Source: Lophium mytilinum
Taxonomy: Eukaryota
DNA: 64,000 nucleotides
Assembly: GCA_010093605.1 (NCBI GenBank)
Contig: MU004183.1
Span: forward strand, 1,612,001 to 1,676,000
Direction of reading: 5' to 3'
The number at the start of each line of letters is the position of its first letter. The first letter of the stretch is position 1. The translations under genes were made by a program, and so were the position numbers. Positions 1-11,149 of this stretch are shown here, piece by piece. The notes below the pieces were generated by a model. It was given only the letters and a program-made list of their open reading frames with translations. It was not told where the DNA came from and did not search any database.

Positions 1-1486
1 AATACGCTTCCGAGCGTCCCGTGGAGCACTACTGCTCCGCAGGCTAGCACTCAAGGGGCGCATGAGGCAAGTGTTGCGGACGTCAGCCGCGGAGCATCAG
101 CAATACCGTCAAATAGACGACTAATCATCGTATGTAATCCTCACTCTGGGCATTAGCTTTGGGCAATATAGAGGTAGTCTGCAAGACCGTCTCGCTGTAA
201 ATCTATGTACACTGGTCCACCGCTGTCTGAGATACCTCGATATATTTTGGTAATATGAACCAGACGTATATCGGTCAGTTCAAACCGTCCGTAGCCTTGC
301 CAGGCCGCCTCTATCCTGTGTTATGGATGTGACTTGGCGTCATACCAAGCGTAGTCGGTTCCGAGCTCCCAGATTAGTTAGCACATTGAAGCTCCCTAGG
401 AGTTCGGCGTGTTTAGAATCGCGAATGCGAGGTCCAGGAGTGCGGAATCTGAAGTGCGGTAGTATTTAGGAGTCTCTGCCTGCGTAGAGCATCAAGTTCA
501 TGTTGTCTGAAGTGCTCCAATGTATCATGCGAAGCCTACGTAGGATCCAATGTTTGAAACGCTGTAAGTCATGCTTGCTATCTAGGCCCAATTTCTCATT
601 GCTTGACACTGGTTGAAGCGCTCCAAGACATCATGTCATGTAGGATGAGGAATGGATATGAAGGTTACAATGCCGTGATTTAGACTACGCCCTATTCGTG
701 AGCTTTCCTAACAGTGCTTGCCAGTTGTTACACTGGAAACTCATGAGTGACCTTTTGCAGGCCGAAGAGTCAGCAATACCCCACACTGATCAAATCAACG
801 ACTAATCACGTATCGAACGATATTATTTCCTTCCTAGGGCATTGAATCGGTGGTCGGCCGAGAGTCGTCTTGCCCCCACCTGTGGTACGACGACTGGACG
901 CGTTAATCGACACCCCAGTCGTGTCAGGCATCTCGCGCCATCTTCTCCTTCTGTCGGCTGCATGTTGAGCGGCACGGTGGAGGACTGTGCATTCCCACAC
1001 CGTGCATTCCCGCTGGACCAGGAACCCCGAGGTCCCACGGTGCACACCCTGACCCGTGTCGTCACTGAACAACCTCGCGTGGAGCAATCCCCTCCAACCT
1101 CTATCACCAAGGATGAGTGACCGGTGAAGATGATATGTATGAACGAATAGTCGCATAGACCGCGTCTCAAGTCCTCGCAATGGCCATGCAGTATTTGCGG
1201 CCGTCCCTGGTAGTTAGGTAGGACTATTCCACAGAGATATTAGAACAGTTTCGCTTCTTTCCCCAGTCATACACAATACACAAGATTCCCTTGGTGATCT
1301 TGTCAGAACTCTGTCTAACTCTCTTATCACCCCAGCAGATGTCAGATCCTCTGCCGCGCTGGCACTTCGCTCGCAGTGTCTCGCGCCATCAACCTGCATC
1401 TACGGCGTCCAGTCTCCACCTGCGGCACCTCACTCCGCCCTATTACTCGCTCTAATATTCACTCTAATCCTCGAAGTACTACCGCC

Positions 1487-1876
1487 ATGACAAGCGCCGA
1501 TCCTACCTTATCCCCGAGCGCCTCCATAACCCCGATCTTCTCCCCTTCCCAGCCCGCGGACCTCCCCGCGCGCGCAACCTCGCTCTTGCGAACCTCGTCC
1601 TGGACGCTGACGCCTTCGCGCATCGCCATCACGCGCGTCTACCGCTTCAAGACGTTCAAGGCCGCGTGGGCGTTCATGAACAAGGTCGCTGACGAGTGTA
1701 AGCGGCAGCGGCATCACCCGTCGTGGCATAATCTGTACAACGAAGTTACGATTGAGTGGACGACGCATCGGCCGGAGGGGTTGAGTATCAAGGATGTGGA
1801 GATGGCCGAGTTTTGCGATAGGGTTGCGGAGGAGGGTGGGGCTGTGGAGGGGGAGGAGGGAAAGAAGTGCTGTTAG
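1487..1876 (+). CDS. Pterin-4-alpha-carbinolamine dehydratase (PCD/PhhB family)
   Basis: Family motifs 'YRFKTFKAAWAFMNKVA', 'HHPSWHNLYNEVTIEWTTH' and 'GLSIKDVEMA'. First ATG at 1487 in good context (accgccATG). A longer N-terminus is possible (see findings). Confidence 0.9.
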   Translation: MTSADPTLSPSASITPIFSPSQPADLPARATSLLRTSSWTLTPSRIAITRVYRFKTFKAAWAFMNKVADECKRQRHHPSWHNLYNEVTIEWTTHRPEGLSIKDVEMAEFCDRVAEEGGAVEGEEGKKCC

Positions 1877-4269
1877 GGATGTCACTCGTTCTGAGTGTAT
1901 GCCACGACCGCTTTGGGGTTGAAGACGGGGATGATGAGTTTTGAGTCTGTAGCGCGCATAGGTGCAACAGCTGGGTATGTTACGATCATCACAAGGATAG
2001 TATCGTTGGACTGTTGAATCATTAAGGTAAACTCTCGAGGACTACCAGCAAGTCAACCACTCAATCATATACTTCTCAAAATAAGGCCTTGACCGCACTC
2101 CTCACACATCAAATCTACCTCCTGTCCTCGCATCCACTTCATTAGTCCTACAGAAATAGTCATCTTGCCTAACCCTCGAACCCGCACGCCCAAAGCCGAG
2201 TCAACTGGGGGCGGAGTTTCGTAACTTTCATCCCAAACTCCACTCCTGGACATCTCTATAACGCTTTGATACTCTGAGCAACGAACTGAAGTCCCTTATT
2301 TCCTATTCAAGCATTTCCGCGCCTGCTGACATGCTACACTCCTCCGTAATTCTTACGCGCGAAACCTGCTGACGCCTTGCAAACCCTCATGCCGATCGCG
2401 GAGGGTGACGCCATGTCGCTCTGTCATACTCTTCTCAGACGAAATCGTATAGTAAAGCGCATCTCAGATTATGGTGAAGAAGTGAACTCGTGGGTAAGGG
2501 GCTGACTACAAATATAGCTGACCTCAGCAGCAAGTCAGCAGCCCAGGAAGCCAACACGTAAGCCAGTCGGCTAAGCACGATGAGTGGAAATATCAACGCT
2601 CCGATGGCGTCTAACCTCGCTCTTCACTCTTGCCCGACGCGTTCCCTAGCTTAAAGAGCCGGACATTGATCTCCCCCGAAACCCGAGCTTTCAGATATGC
2701 GGACAGTGATTAGCCATAGTCCCCAAAATCCTTAATCTCGCTCTCTATATGACACCGACACAACACAGAGCTCCGGGCTCGGGTCTTCCCTGAAAACGAG
2801 CTTTGAAAGCACGGCAGACTATGATGTCGGCAACTTTTTCACTGTAGTTACAAGATCTAAGCTCGTTCCCCCGAAGCCGATATCGAGCTGAATTCGGGCC
2901 TCGGTCTCTCCGACGACAAACGATGCGTGACATGCGTAGACAGTGAATAGCTATACCGCCAATACCCACCTAACCTACCGAAATCTCAGCCAGTCTAACG
3001 CTGGGACTCCGGATCTCGGTCTCTCTTTCTCCAACAACACACGATATGCGCAAATAGTGAACAGCCACACGACCGAGTCCCATCTAACCAACCCATATCG
3101 TAGCTAATCTCGCACTAACCAAATGTGCCACTGATGTCTAACAGACTCGGGCTCTCGGTATACCGCCCATGACCTCTGCGAGCTCTACTTGCCTCGAACC
3201 CCGTCAAATTGAGAGAAGTACGACTGTCCACAGCTCTCATTTCGCGGCCTCACGCAATCCCGTGTATCTGAACTTCGCTCCTCACATGGCTCCGAGCCTC
3301 CCACCCCGCTCTTCACGCAGCTCCGCGTACACACCCTCGCTCTTCATACCTTCCTGAGCGTACCGTCCCGCTCTTCACGAACGCCCGAGAACTGCTTACC
3401 ACCGACCCTTTCGGTACATGCGTAACTCCCGAGACACAGAACACCATAAAAGGGATAGGATCTCGCGTACAACGCATATTGCAACGCGTCTCGTCGGGCC
3501 GGGCCAACGCCCTCCCCGACACTCGAGGGGCGATATACAGTAAGCTCAGAGAACCGCACGAGTCGATTTCAGCAGTTCGTTCGAAGCAGCTGGGGCTGAG
3601 CCGGACGACGAAAGACGTAGGATAACTATCTGAATCGAGTGTTGCCGGCGCGGGAAGGCACACGATAGTGAAAGGCAGCAGTGGAGTGGTTGGTAGCATC
3701 AGCGGTTGGTGCAAGGCGGCCGCGGCGGAAGCCGGCGGGTTGAAATGGACTGAGATGTGTAGTACGTAGCTATGAGCTTGGACTTGTGGGATATCTATCA
3801 TGTTTCAGACCCGTGTGTCGCGTCTTCACCGTTCGCTTTCGTTCCATGTTCACTTCGCGAAATCGGGGACGGATAAGAGCGAGAGCGTCACAGCTTACCA
3901 AAGACATCACAAGCTCTGGCAAACGAACAGCACATAGGAATACTCTTTTATTACTAGGATTGATTTCCCCACCTCGACGCCAAATCTGGCGCCTTCTACC
4001 ACCATATACATTAACATCCACCACACTCCAATGATCCAAAACCGCCGTCCAGAAGTTCGCACTCCTAAAATTCTAGCAAATCCCCAAACCGGAGCTTTAC
4101 TGCCCCCAAACAAAACGCCGCTGCGATGCACGCTCGCCTCCGATCGGCCGTTTTCATGAAAGACAAAAGGCCGCCGGGCCCATGACCGCCGATGCTCGAC
4201 TCGGATCGACTAGAGATATGCACAACGCACCTCTTTTTGTATCCCGAGCCCCTTTTGTAGTAGGTCTAT

Positions 4270-5333
4270 TTACACAGCCTTCTTCGCCTTCGCAATCTTT
4301 TTCTCACGCCTGCGTTTCGACGCCTCAGGTCCGGCCTCGGTGTCAAGACAAAAGTCCCACCAGCGGAAGCTGGACGCGTAGTTGCCGATGAAGCGCTCGT
4401 GGTGGACATCGTGGTGCTCGGCGCCCGCCCAGAACGGGAGGAAGTGGTGCAGGCTCCACGGGAATTCGTAGCCGGAGTGGGCGTCGATGGCCTGGAACAG
4501 GCGGAACACGATCCACAGGTACATTGTCAGGATGTGCAGGTCCTTGGTGATGGCGCACCAGAGGAAGGGCACGCCGACGGTGCCGAAGCCGAGGACCATG
4601 ACTTCGATGGGCGAGGCGTATTCGGCGGCTAGTCCGAAGGGAGCTGAGTATTGGTGGTGGATTTTGTGGATGCCGCGGTAGAGGGGGCCCCAATGCATGG
4701 CGCGGTGGGTCCAGTAGTGCCAGGCGTCTTCGAGGACGAAGAAGACGGAGATCTGAAAGGCCATTGTAAAGAGAGAGGGGAAGGGGACGCTGGTAGAGAG
4801 GCCGACATATTGGCACATGGGGTGGAAGAGCCTGGGAATGTTAGGAAAGAGGGCGACATAGATGAGGAAACGGACTCACCAGATCTGGGGAAGCTCAACA
4901 GTGAAGTGGCTGAAGAGGACGAGTGCCGCGCATTGCCATTGCTCATAGGCAGTTGGTTTTTTGTCCTGTTATGGCTGTCAGCGGGTGAAGCAAGATAGCT
5001 GGAAGAGGTAAACGTACCTGCTGGATCTTGTATCTGTTGAACCAGGGTATCATATCTATTATGACCCAGGGCAGCGAGCGGCCGAAGTAGACCAGCTCGT
5101 GCATGGCGAAGGACATAATGCCGGTGGCAAGAATGTCGTTCTGCATGTAGGCGTACCAGGCCATCCATAGGCGCTCGAAGTAATTGAGCTGGACATTGTA
5201 CTTGGATATCTCCTCGAAGCCGCCCCAGTAGCTGGCCGGCGGGGTGGCGAAGGGGTCGTAGACGGTGCTGTTCCTGCAATCGGGGGTGGTTAGCGGTGAA
5301 GAGGATGCGATAGGAGGCCGGGGGCGCGTACAT
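4270..5333 (-). CDS. ERG25: C-4 methylsterol oxidase (sterol desaturase/fatty acid hydroxylase family), 4 exons
   Basis: His boxes HYWTHR, HKIHH and HHDVHH, plus '[16 protein letters not shown]' and '[11 protein letters not shown]'. Introns at about 5274-5331, 4966-5017 and 4832-4879 have GT..CTRAC-like..AG signals. The spliced product starts MNSTVYDPF. Confidence 0.95.
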
Positions 5334-5536
5334 GGCGACAAACTCGGGCTGCGGCCAGTCGACAAAGCCAATCTAATGGAGGGTCGCGCTGAGGAAGAGG
5401 AGCCGGGAGAGTTGCTGCGCAAGATGCGTTTTGTGGTGGGTGATGAAGGAGGATATAGGGAATAATTGTTGAGAACCACACCACTTTCAGGAGCCAGGAA
5501 CAATCGATTCCGAGACGCTAACATGTCTTTAGCGCT

Positions 5537-5546
5537 ATCACGTGAT
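5537..5546. promoter_or_regulatory. Palindromic ATCACGTGAT E-box/SRE-like site upstream of ERG25 (candidate SREBP/SrbA site)
   Basis: Perfect 10-bp palindrome about 200 bp upstream of the ERG25 start. SREBP-family bHLH factors bind ATCACGTGA-type sites, and erg25 is a known SREBP target in fungi. Confidence 0.5.
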
Positions 5547-6091
5547 CCCTACCATCTCGCCGCGGTCTCTTCCGAGATCGACGACGACGAGAGATGCCAG
5601 CACCGCCCGTACTGTGCCAGCGCTGATTGGCTACATTTTCTGCTCCTGTCCCATGCGTGGATCGACTATTTGCCCTCCGGATCCCGTCCTGCCGTGGACC
5701 CCTTGAGCTGCACACGACGACGGCCGTGCTGCGCCATTTGCCCACCAGCAGTCAGGTCATGGTGGTTCAGGAAACTCGGTGTGCCAGATATTATGACCCT
5801 TGAGACTCCATGTCGCCCTGAAAAGCCTCAACGATTTTGAGACTTGGGCTGTTGCACATTCACATCTAAGTACGTATCTTGATGATGTTTGGTCAGAAAG
5901 TGGTACGAATTTACCTCGCAGCAAGTCAGACTTAGTGTCTTCACAATCGACTAGGCCATATATGAGGTGGCATCCTGGTATCAAAGACTTCCGTAGCCTA
6001 AGTCTATCTATGAGATTGTCTTGGTCCTTCTAACCTCACCAATGCCATAGCAACATACCCCATCACTGATACTTCTCGGTATTGGAAACAC

Positions 6092-7201
6092 CTAATCCTG
6101 GCCTCCCGCCTGGCCCTCCATCTGCACAGGATCCGAATAGTATTCAGCATCCATTCCGCGAAGACCCTTGAACTCATGTGCCAAAGCCTCCAGTGCTTTG
6201 GGTCCAACATGCATGTCCTCATGCAAGCAAGCTTCGATTTCCCGGGTTGAGTTCATGAAGTCAATCCACGATTTATCTTGCTTCTCCTCCTCAGTCAAGC
6301 CCCATCGAACGTGCTCCACGCTCGTGGGAATAGACGAGATGAGTCTTCGCATCAAGTCTCGCATAACAGGTGGTGCCCGTCCAGTGCCCTGGAAGAACGC
6401 CAAAAGAACCGGCAGGATGTTGTCACCGTGCATGAACGCAATTCTCAGTTCGCGTAGATTCGGCATGACCTGAAGCCCGGAGAAGGCGAGCGCTTGGAGG
6501 ATAGGATATACTCGCTGTTCTCGATTCTCCCACGAGCCCTCTCGGATGGGTCCGTCGAGATTATCGAGGACGAAGTCGGCTAGAAGGATGTTCAGATGCA
6601 GCCGACGAATTGAGGACAGGTCCCATCCAGATGACGCAGCTTGGCCACCCTTCGCCCACTCGGATCGGGAATACTGCTCGTACTTCGCGTCCATGCGTGC
6701 GCTCCTACTGGCCTCGTCTTCATTGGGAGGAGCGGGAAGGTCGAATCGCCAATGAATTGAGGACATGTGGACTTGGAAGATGTGCGAGTTGTACAAGACT
6801 TGTTTCGCTTCTTCGTAAACCTGAGACAGTGAGCTATACGCTATGAGAAGAAAAGGGCTATAGGGATATACCTGTTTGGATGTCTGGAGTATAGCAACCC
6901 GCTTAGTTGTCCTAGGACGGTTCAGCCAACCCGACGAACAGCAGGGTCTATCAAGAGCTAATGTGTTGGTTACGTCGCTTGGGTCCCCCGGTGGGTAAGC
7001 CTCTATCATGGGCGTTGAGGACATATAGTAATGTGACTTTGGTCTCGGTTCTGGATCGTGTTCGCAGCCAGAATACCATTGCACCTCCAGTGGCACCAGA
7101 AGATGGCCATAAACCATATCCCGGAGCTCTCTAGGCAGATTTAGGAATTGGAAGGGTCCCTTAGGCTTCCATTGTGCTATGTCGGGCAGAAGTGGCTGCA
7201 T
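6092..7201 (-). CDS. Hypothetical protein with N-terminal F-box-like 'FLNLPRELRDMVYGHLL' motif
   Basis: 369-aa ORF containing a probable in-frame 51-nt intron at 6821-6871 (GTATAT...CAG). The motif is typical of expanded fungal F-box-like families. Confidence 0.7.
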   Translation of the reverse strand: MQPLLPDIAQWKPKGPFQFLNLPRELRDMVYGHLLVPLEVQWYSGCEHDPEPRPKSHYYMSSTPMIEAYPPGDPSDVTNTLALDRPCCSSGWLNRPRTTKRVAILQTSKQVYPYSPFLLIAYSSLSQVYEEAKQVLYNSHIFQVHMSSIHWRFDLPAPPNEDEASRSARMDAKYEQYSRSEWAKGGQAASSGWDLSSIRRLHLNILLADFVLDNLDGPIREGSWENREQRVYPILQALAFSGLQVMPNLRELRIAFMHGDNILPVLLAFFQGTGRAPPVMRDLMRRLISSIPTSVEHVRWGLTEEEKQDKSWIDFMNSTREIEACLHEDMHVGPKALEALAHEFKGLRGMDAEYYSDPVQMEGQAGGQD

Positions 7202-8019
7202 GATGACTGTGTGTGGTGTAGCGGATGATGAGTGTGGTTGTGTGTGGTGTGAGAGGTGTGGTGGGTGAGAGCGGTGAGGTAAATATCCTGCAAGTTTCCG
7301 TACTTATAGCTCTGTAGGAAAGACTGCGTCCACGTCTACGTCGTGACCAGGTTAGTGAATGGGTTACATGATTCTTCTGAGCTAGTGAATTCATTCAGTT
7401 GCAATTTAGCAGCTGCTAAGGAGGACGTCGAGGTTAGTGTCTCGTGTAAGCTTTGCATCATACCGACGCTGCGTTCGTACTAATATGGCTTACAAGGCGC
7501 TTGCCCCGTTCTCTCACTACGGTTTGTCCTATGGTTTATCTCGAAGACTGTTCCATCTCGTGCGGGCAGCATTTGTAGCTCAGCCCTCGGGAATCTCAAC
7601 CTTTTCGACGTTGTAAGAACTCACAAGTCGTACTTGGTGTGTGACTAACAGTTTCCGCGATGTATTCTACATTAGTGAAGATGGAACATAAAAAGACTTC
7701 CATGTTAGTGGTGACAATGATGAAGGGAATTGAAGGAGAGGAGTCCGGCGAGAGAAGTAGAAATAAAACGGCGAAGCCTTTCTGAAGATCTAAGTACCAT
7801 TGGAGGAAACAGTTTCGTAACTTTCCTAACATTTTTAAGATGTATCACTCCCAACACCTCGAGGTACCCCTCTATTAGTTTGAAATTTGTTTGATTTCAT
7901 TACCAATCTATGATCTTTCCAGTCTAACCGCCTGTCTAAAGGGTATCAAACTGACTATAGTCCACTAGATAGCTTGATCTCATGCAGCCTCATGTGCTCC
8001 ATCAAGGCCACTCATCCCA

Positions 8020-10392
8020 TCACCTCACCTCCTCCCTCTGGGGCGCCCAACTCTTCAACCAACCCCTCGCCTTATCCAAATCCCCGCCCTCCGCTTCAAG
8101 CGCAGCCACACACCACGCCATACCAAACCCACCCTTCCCCTCCACCCCCTTCTCCGCCGCCAACATCTCCGCCAACGCCCTCCTCCTCTGACTCGCTTCA
8201 TCGACACAGAAATGCAATGGCGTGGCGTAGTTCCCTCCCGCCATACCCTCTAGATATGGCTTAATCAGCGGCAGCGCGTCCTTCGTCCCGACCGCCTTCC
8301 CCTCACCATCGCCTATACTTGCTCGGCCGGTGCGGCAGAAAGGGTTCCTACACCACTTCTTCCCGCAGCCTGTGAGGAGCTGTGAGAGATAGCGGCGCTC
8401 CACCCGCCTCCGCAGGGCTTTCCCTTCTGGATCGTAGAGACTGACGTATAGCGGGCCGAAGCAAACGCTGCAGAGACCGATATCGTTCCCGGGGCCTTGT
8501 CCCATGCGAGTACCGGCGCGGGTGTCGCCGTTCTTCCCTACACCGTCCTGTGTGCGGCCGCAGTTGATGTTGCGGCAGAGGCGAGGTGCGGGTCGGGAGA
8601 GACGCTCGAAATTGTGGTGTTTGAGGTGAGTTGGCATGTCTCGAAGACGGATGATGGCGTTGCAGAGATGGCATTCTGTTGTGCGGGCGCCATCGGCAAG
8701 TTCATGGGGGGTGAGGCCCGAGAGGAGCAGTTCTGGGGTCGGGTTGAGGGGGTCGCCTTCTTGGGGAACTTGAAGGTGACAGAAGCGGCAGAGGATGAGT
8801 TTACCCGGGCATGTCGTGGTGCGGTGTTGAGCGAGAGTTGGGATTGAGGGGAATTCTAGGGAGCAGGATGAGCACGTCTGCGGCGTGTGGAAGATAGAGT
8901 CGTGTTTGGTATGACTTAGAGGTGTATTGCCGTGGTAAGTATCGTGAGGGCAATGCCAATGATTCTCAAATTCTGCAGAGCGTTTCTGGAACACGGTACC
9001 GCAGCCTTGTGGGCAGAGTATGTTGTTCCGTAGACAGAAATTCTCGTGCAGAAAGAGGGTCCGCTGTGGTACCCATTGGTTGCAATTCTTGCATTGAACC
9101 TCGTCCGCATTATGTGTGGGTTCTGACTGTGAGGTGCCATTTGTCATAAGCTGTTCTTTTGGATCCAAGGGCGCCGCACGGATGTGATAACGCCTTGGTG
9201 TGGGATTCGGGTCTTCTTGCTGTTCATTTGTGTACGATCGGACCGAGATCCACACGGCCTCAGCGTCTTCCAACTCGACATTCGTAGGCTGTAGCTTTAT
9301 ACGCTTAGGGTATCTGCTCGAGACCTCTGCAAAGACGTAATCGTCTTCTCTTGGTCGAACTCGTTGTTGGGCAGAAAATGGGCTGACGAAAAGGTCGACC
9401 TCCTCGTCATCTTCTACGCCGCTAATCTCAACCTCGAGTCCTTGAGATCGATCCCACGATGAGATATCATAGTCGACATATTCCCCATCTAGTACCTGGC
9501 CATCTTGCCCTTTGAGCAGTTGTAGGTTTCCGCCAGCGGAACTTCCTTCTGTTGTCCCTGGTGCTCGGTGAGCTTTGGCCGCTATTTTCTTCAGCGTTTC
9601 CCGCGCTTGTTCCTCGTTCAGAGCCTCAATATCAACCTCCAGGTCCGTGTCTACCACGCATATCCCATCACCCTCAGGCTTGAAGCCATCGATCAAGAAG
9701 CGGAACTCCTCATTTTTGCCACCGAACCCTCTGCCACCTTGCACCACCAGCACCTCGCCGTTAGTCAGTGTGGTAAAGTTCTGGCGCATATGCTGTTCCA
9801 AAAGTGACTTCCAGTCTTCTGGATCGTATCCCGCTTCTAGTGGCCGTAGCTTGACATAGGTTCCTTTTGGTAGTTGTTTAGCATGGATGGTGAGTTTAGG
9901 CAGACTTGTGCCATTTACGGCAAGTTCTTCCAGATCATTTGCCATCACTTCGTCATGGTCTCCGTTTGTGCCATTGTCCTTGGCCGCAACCCCAGTAGCC
10001 TCAGAGTCTAGGCCGAGCGTTTCCCGCAAGAACTTGCTCAGCACAACTTCGCCGTCGTCTGCGGAAAACTCGCGAATGCCCGCATATACCACGCGCCCAT
10101 TCTCCGGATTTACTAATCGGAAGGTAAGAGGATGGGGAAGCTGTTGCTGCCTGTCCTGGAACTGGGCGCGTGCCTGTCGCTCGGCGGCGTAGGTGTAGGG
10201 ATTGTAGGGATCGAAGGCGGTCGTGTGGGTGCCGGAGGACTCGGTAGTAATGACGGGGGCGGCGGCGAGGAGCTGTTCGAGCGCAGAAGGTGGTAGGAGT
10301 ATCTTGTCGCCGGGCAGGGTGGTTGTCCGCGATTTGGGCGTGACGGCGAACTGTGCGGACCAGGTGAGCGATATGGGGTCCGGCGAGGACAT
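8020..10392 (-). CDS. UFD1-domain protein with TRAF-like zinc fingers, AZUL-like Zn domain and C-terminal UBA-like domain
   Basis: 790-aa intronless ORF. UFD1 motifs 'GDKILLPPSALEQL', 'GIREFSA' and 'LPKGTYVKLRP'. Repeated CxxC...HxxxC fingers. 'YLSQLLTGCGKKWCRNPFC' is AZUL-like and 'AALEAEGGDLDKARGWL' is UBA-like. Confidence 0.88.
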   Translation of the reverse strand: MSSPDPISLTWSAQFAVTPKSRTTTLPGDKILLPPSALEQLLAAAPVITTESSGTHTTAFDPYNPYTYAAERQARAQFQDRQQQLPHPLTFRLVNPENGRVVYAGIREFSADDGEVVLSKFLRETLGLDSEATGVAAKDNGTNGDHDEVMANDLEELAVNGTSLPKLTIHAKQLPKGTYVKLRPLEAGYDPEDWKSLLEQHMRQNFTTLTNGEVLVVQGGRGFGGKNEEFRFLIDGFKPEGDGICVVDTDLEVDIEALNEEQARETLKKIAAKAHRAPGTTEGSSAGGNLQLLKGQDGQVLDGEYVDYDISSWDRSQGLEVEISGVEDDEEVDLFVSPFSAQQRVRPREDDYVFAEVSSRYPKRIKLQPTNVELEDAEAVWISVRSYTNEQQEDPNPTPRRYHIRAAPLDPKEQLMTNGTSQSEPTHNADEVQCKNCNQWVPQRTLFLHENFCLRNNILCPQGCGTVFQKRSAEFENHWHCPHDTYHGNTPLSHTKHDSIFHTPQTCSSCSLEFPSIPTLAQHRTTTCPGKLILCRFCHLQVPQEGDPLNPTPELLLSGLTPHELADGARTTECHLCNAIIRLRDMPTHLKHHNFERLSRPAPRLCRNINCGRTQDGVGKNGDTRAGTRMGQGPGNDIGLCSVCFGPLYVSLYDPEGKALRRRVERRYLSQLLTGCGKKWCRNPFCRTGRASIGDGEGKAVGTKDALPLIKPYLEGMAGGNYATPLHFCVDEASQRRRALAEMLAAEKGVEGKGGFGMAWCVAALEAEGGDLDKARGWLKSWAPQREEVR

Positions 10393-11149
10393 GTTGCAGC
10401 TTTATAGACAAACGGAAGAAATGGGTATCACAGAACAGGAACGAGAGAAGAGCAAAGTGTCGTGAATATAACGTCGTGGTGGGAGAGGCGTGGTGATGCT
10501 ACCTAAGCGGCTCTTCTGGCAGCTTCGGCCAGCCATGTCATCGGTGCGCCTCATTGGCGGGGCGGCTTTCAGGGTCTATCCGAAATGCTGAGTGGAACTG
10601 AAGTTGGTAATTCCATTTGAACTAACTATCTGGAAGCTCGCTGGGACATGTCCGACAGCGGTGTTTTGATACATAGAGTCTGAAGTAACATGTACAAGTT
10701 TCTATGCTAAATTCCCCCACCAGCAGTGACAAAGAGTGTACTGTACGTACGCAAATCTAATGGTAAAGTGTCCCCAGCGGCCCCACGCGGGACCCAAGAT
10801 CTCGCCTCTCACGCCTTACCCGGACCAGGAAGCCGGCGGAGGACCGCCATGCTGGCGCTGCTCAGGGTCGACTCATCGAGCCTGCATCCTTGCACCAACT
10901 GGGCATCGTCATCCAACAGAAAGGCGTAGCGGCCAACACGGCATTCACTCAACACTACACCCACAACACCTACGACACCTTTCTTTTTGCCCGCATCTCC
11001 AACCCCCGCTGAGACCCCCGCAATACTGCACGTGTCCTTCTGGTGGTCAACCTCACTCAGCCTAAAACCCCGACAAGCCCGGCCCGTGTGGCCTCCGTCG
11101 CAAGTGCTCTCGTATGACCTGTGGAGTTGCCCCCCCAGTGAAGTCTGAA

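Noticed and set aside
2630..3380. Recurring CGCTCTTCA motif and short ORFs
   Set aside because: Short and irregularly spaced, with no coherent coding or repeat structure.
4629..5333. 234-aa alternative-frame ORF over ERG25
   Set aside because: It arises only if ERG25 introns are retained and is low complexity. Treated as part of the split-ATG finding rather than as a gene.
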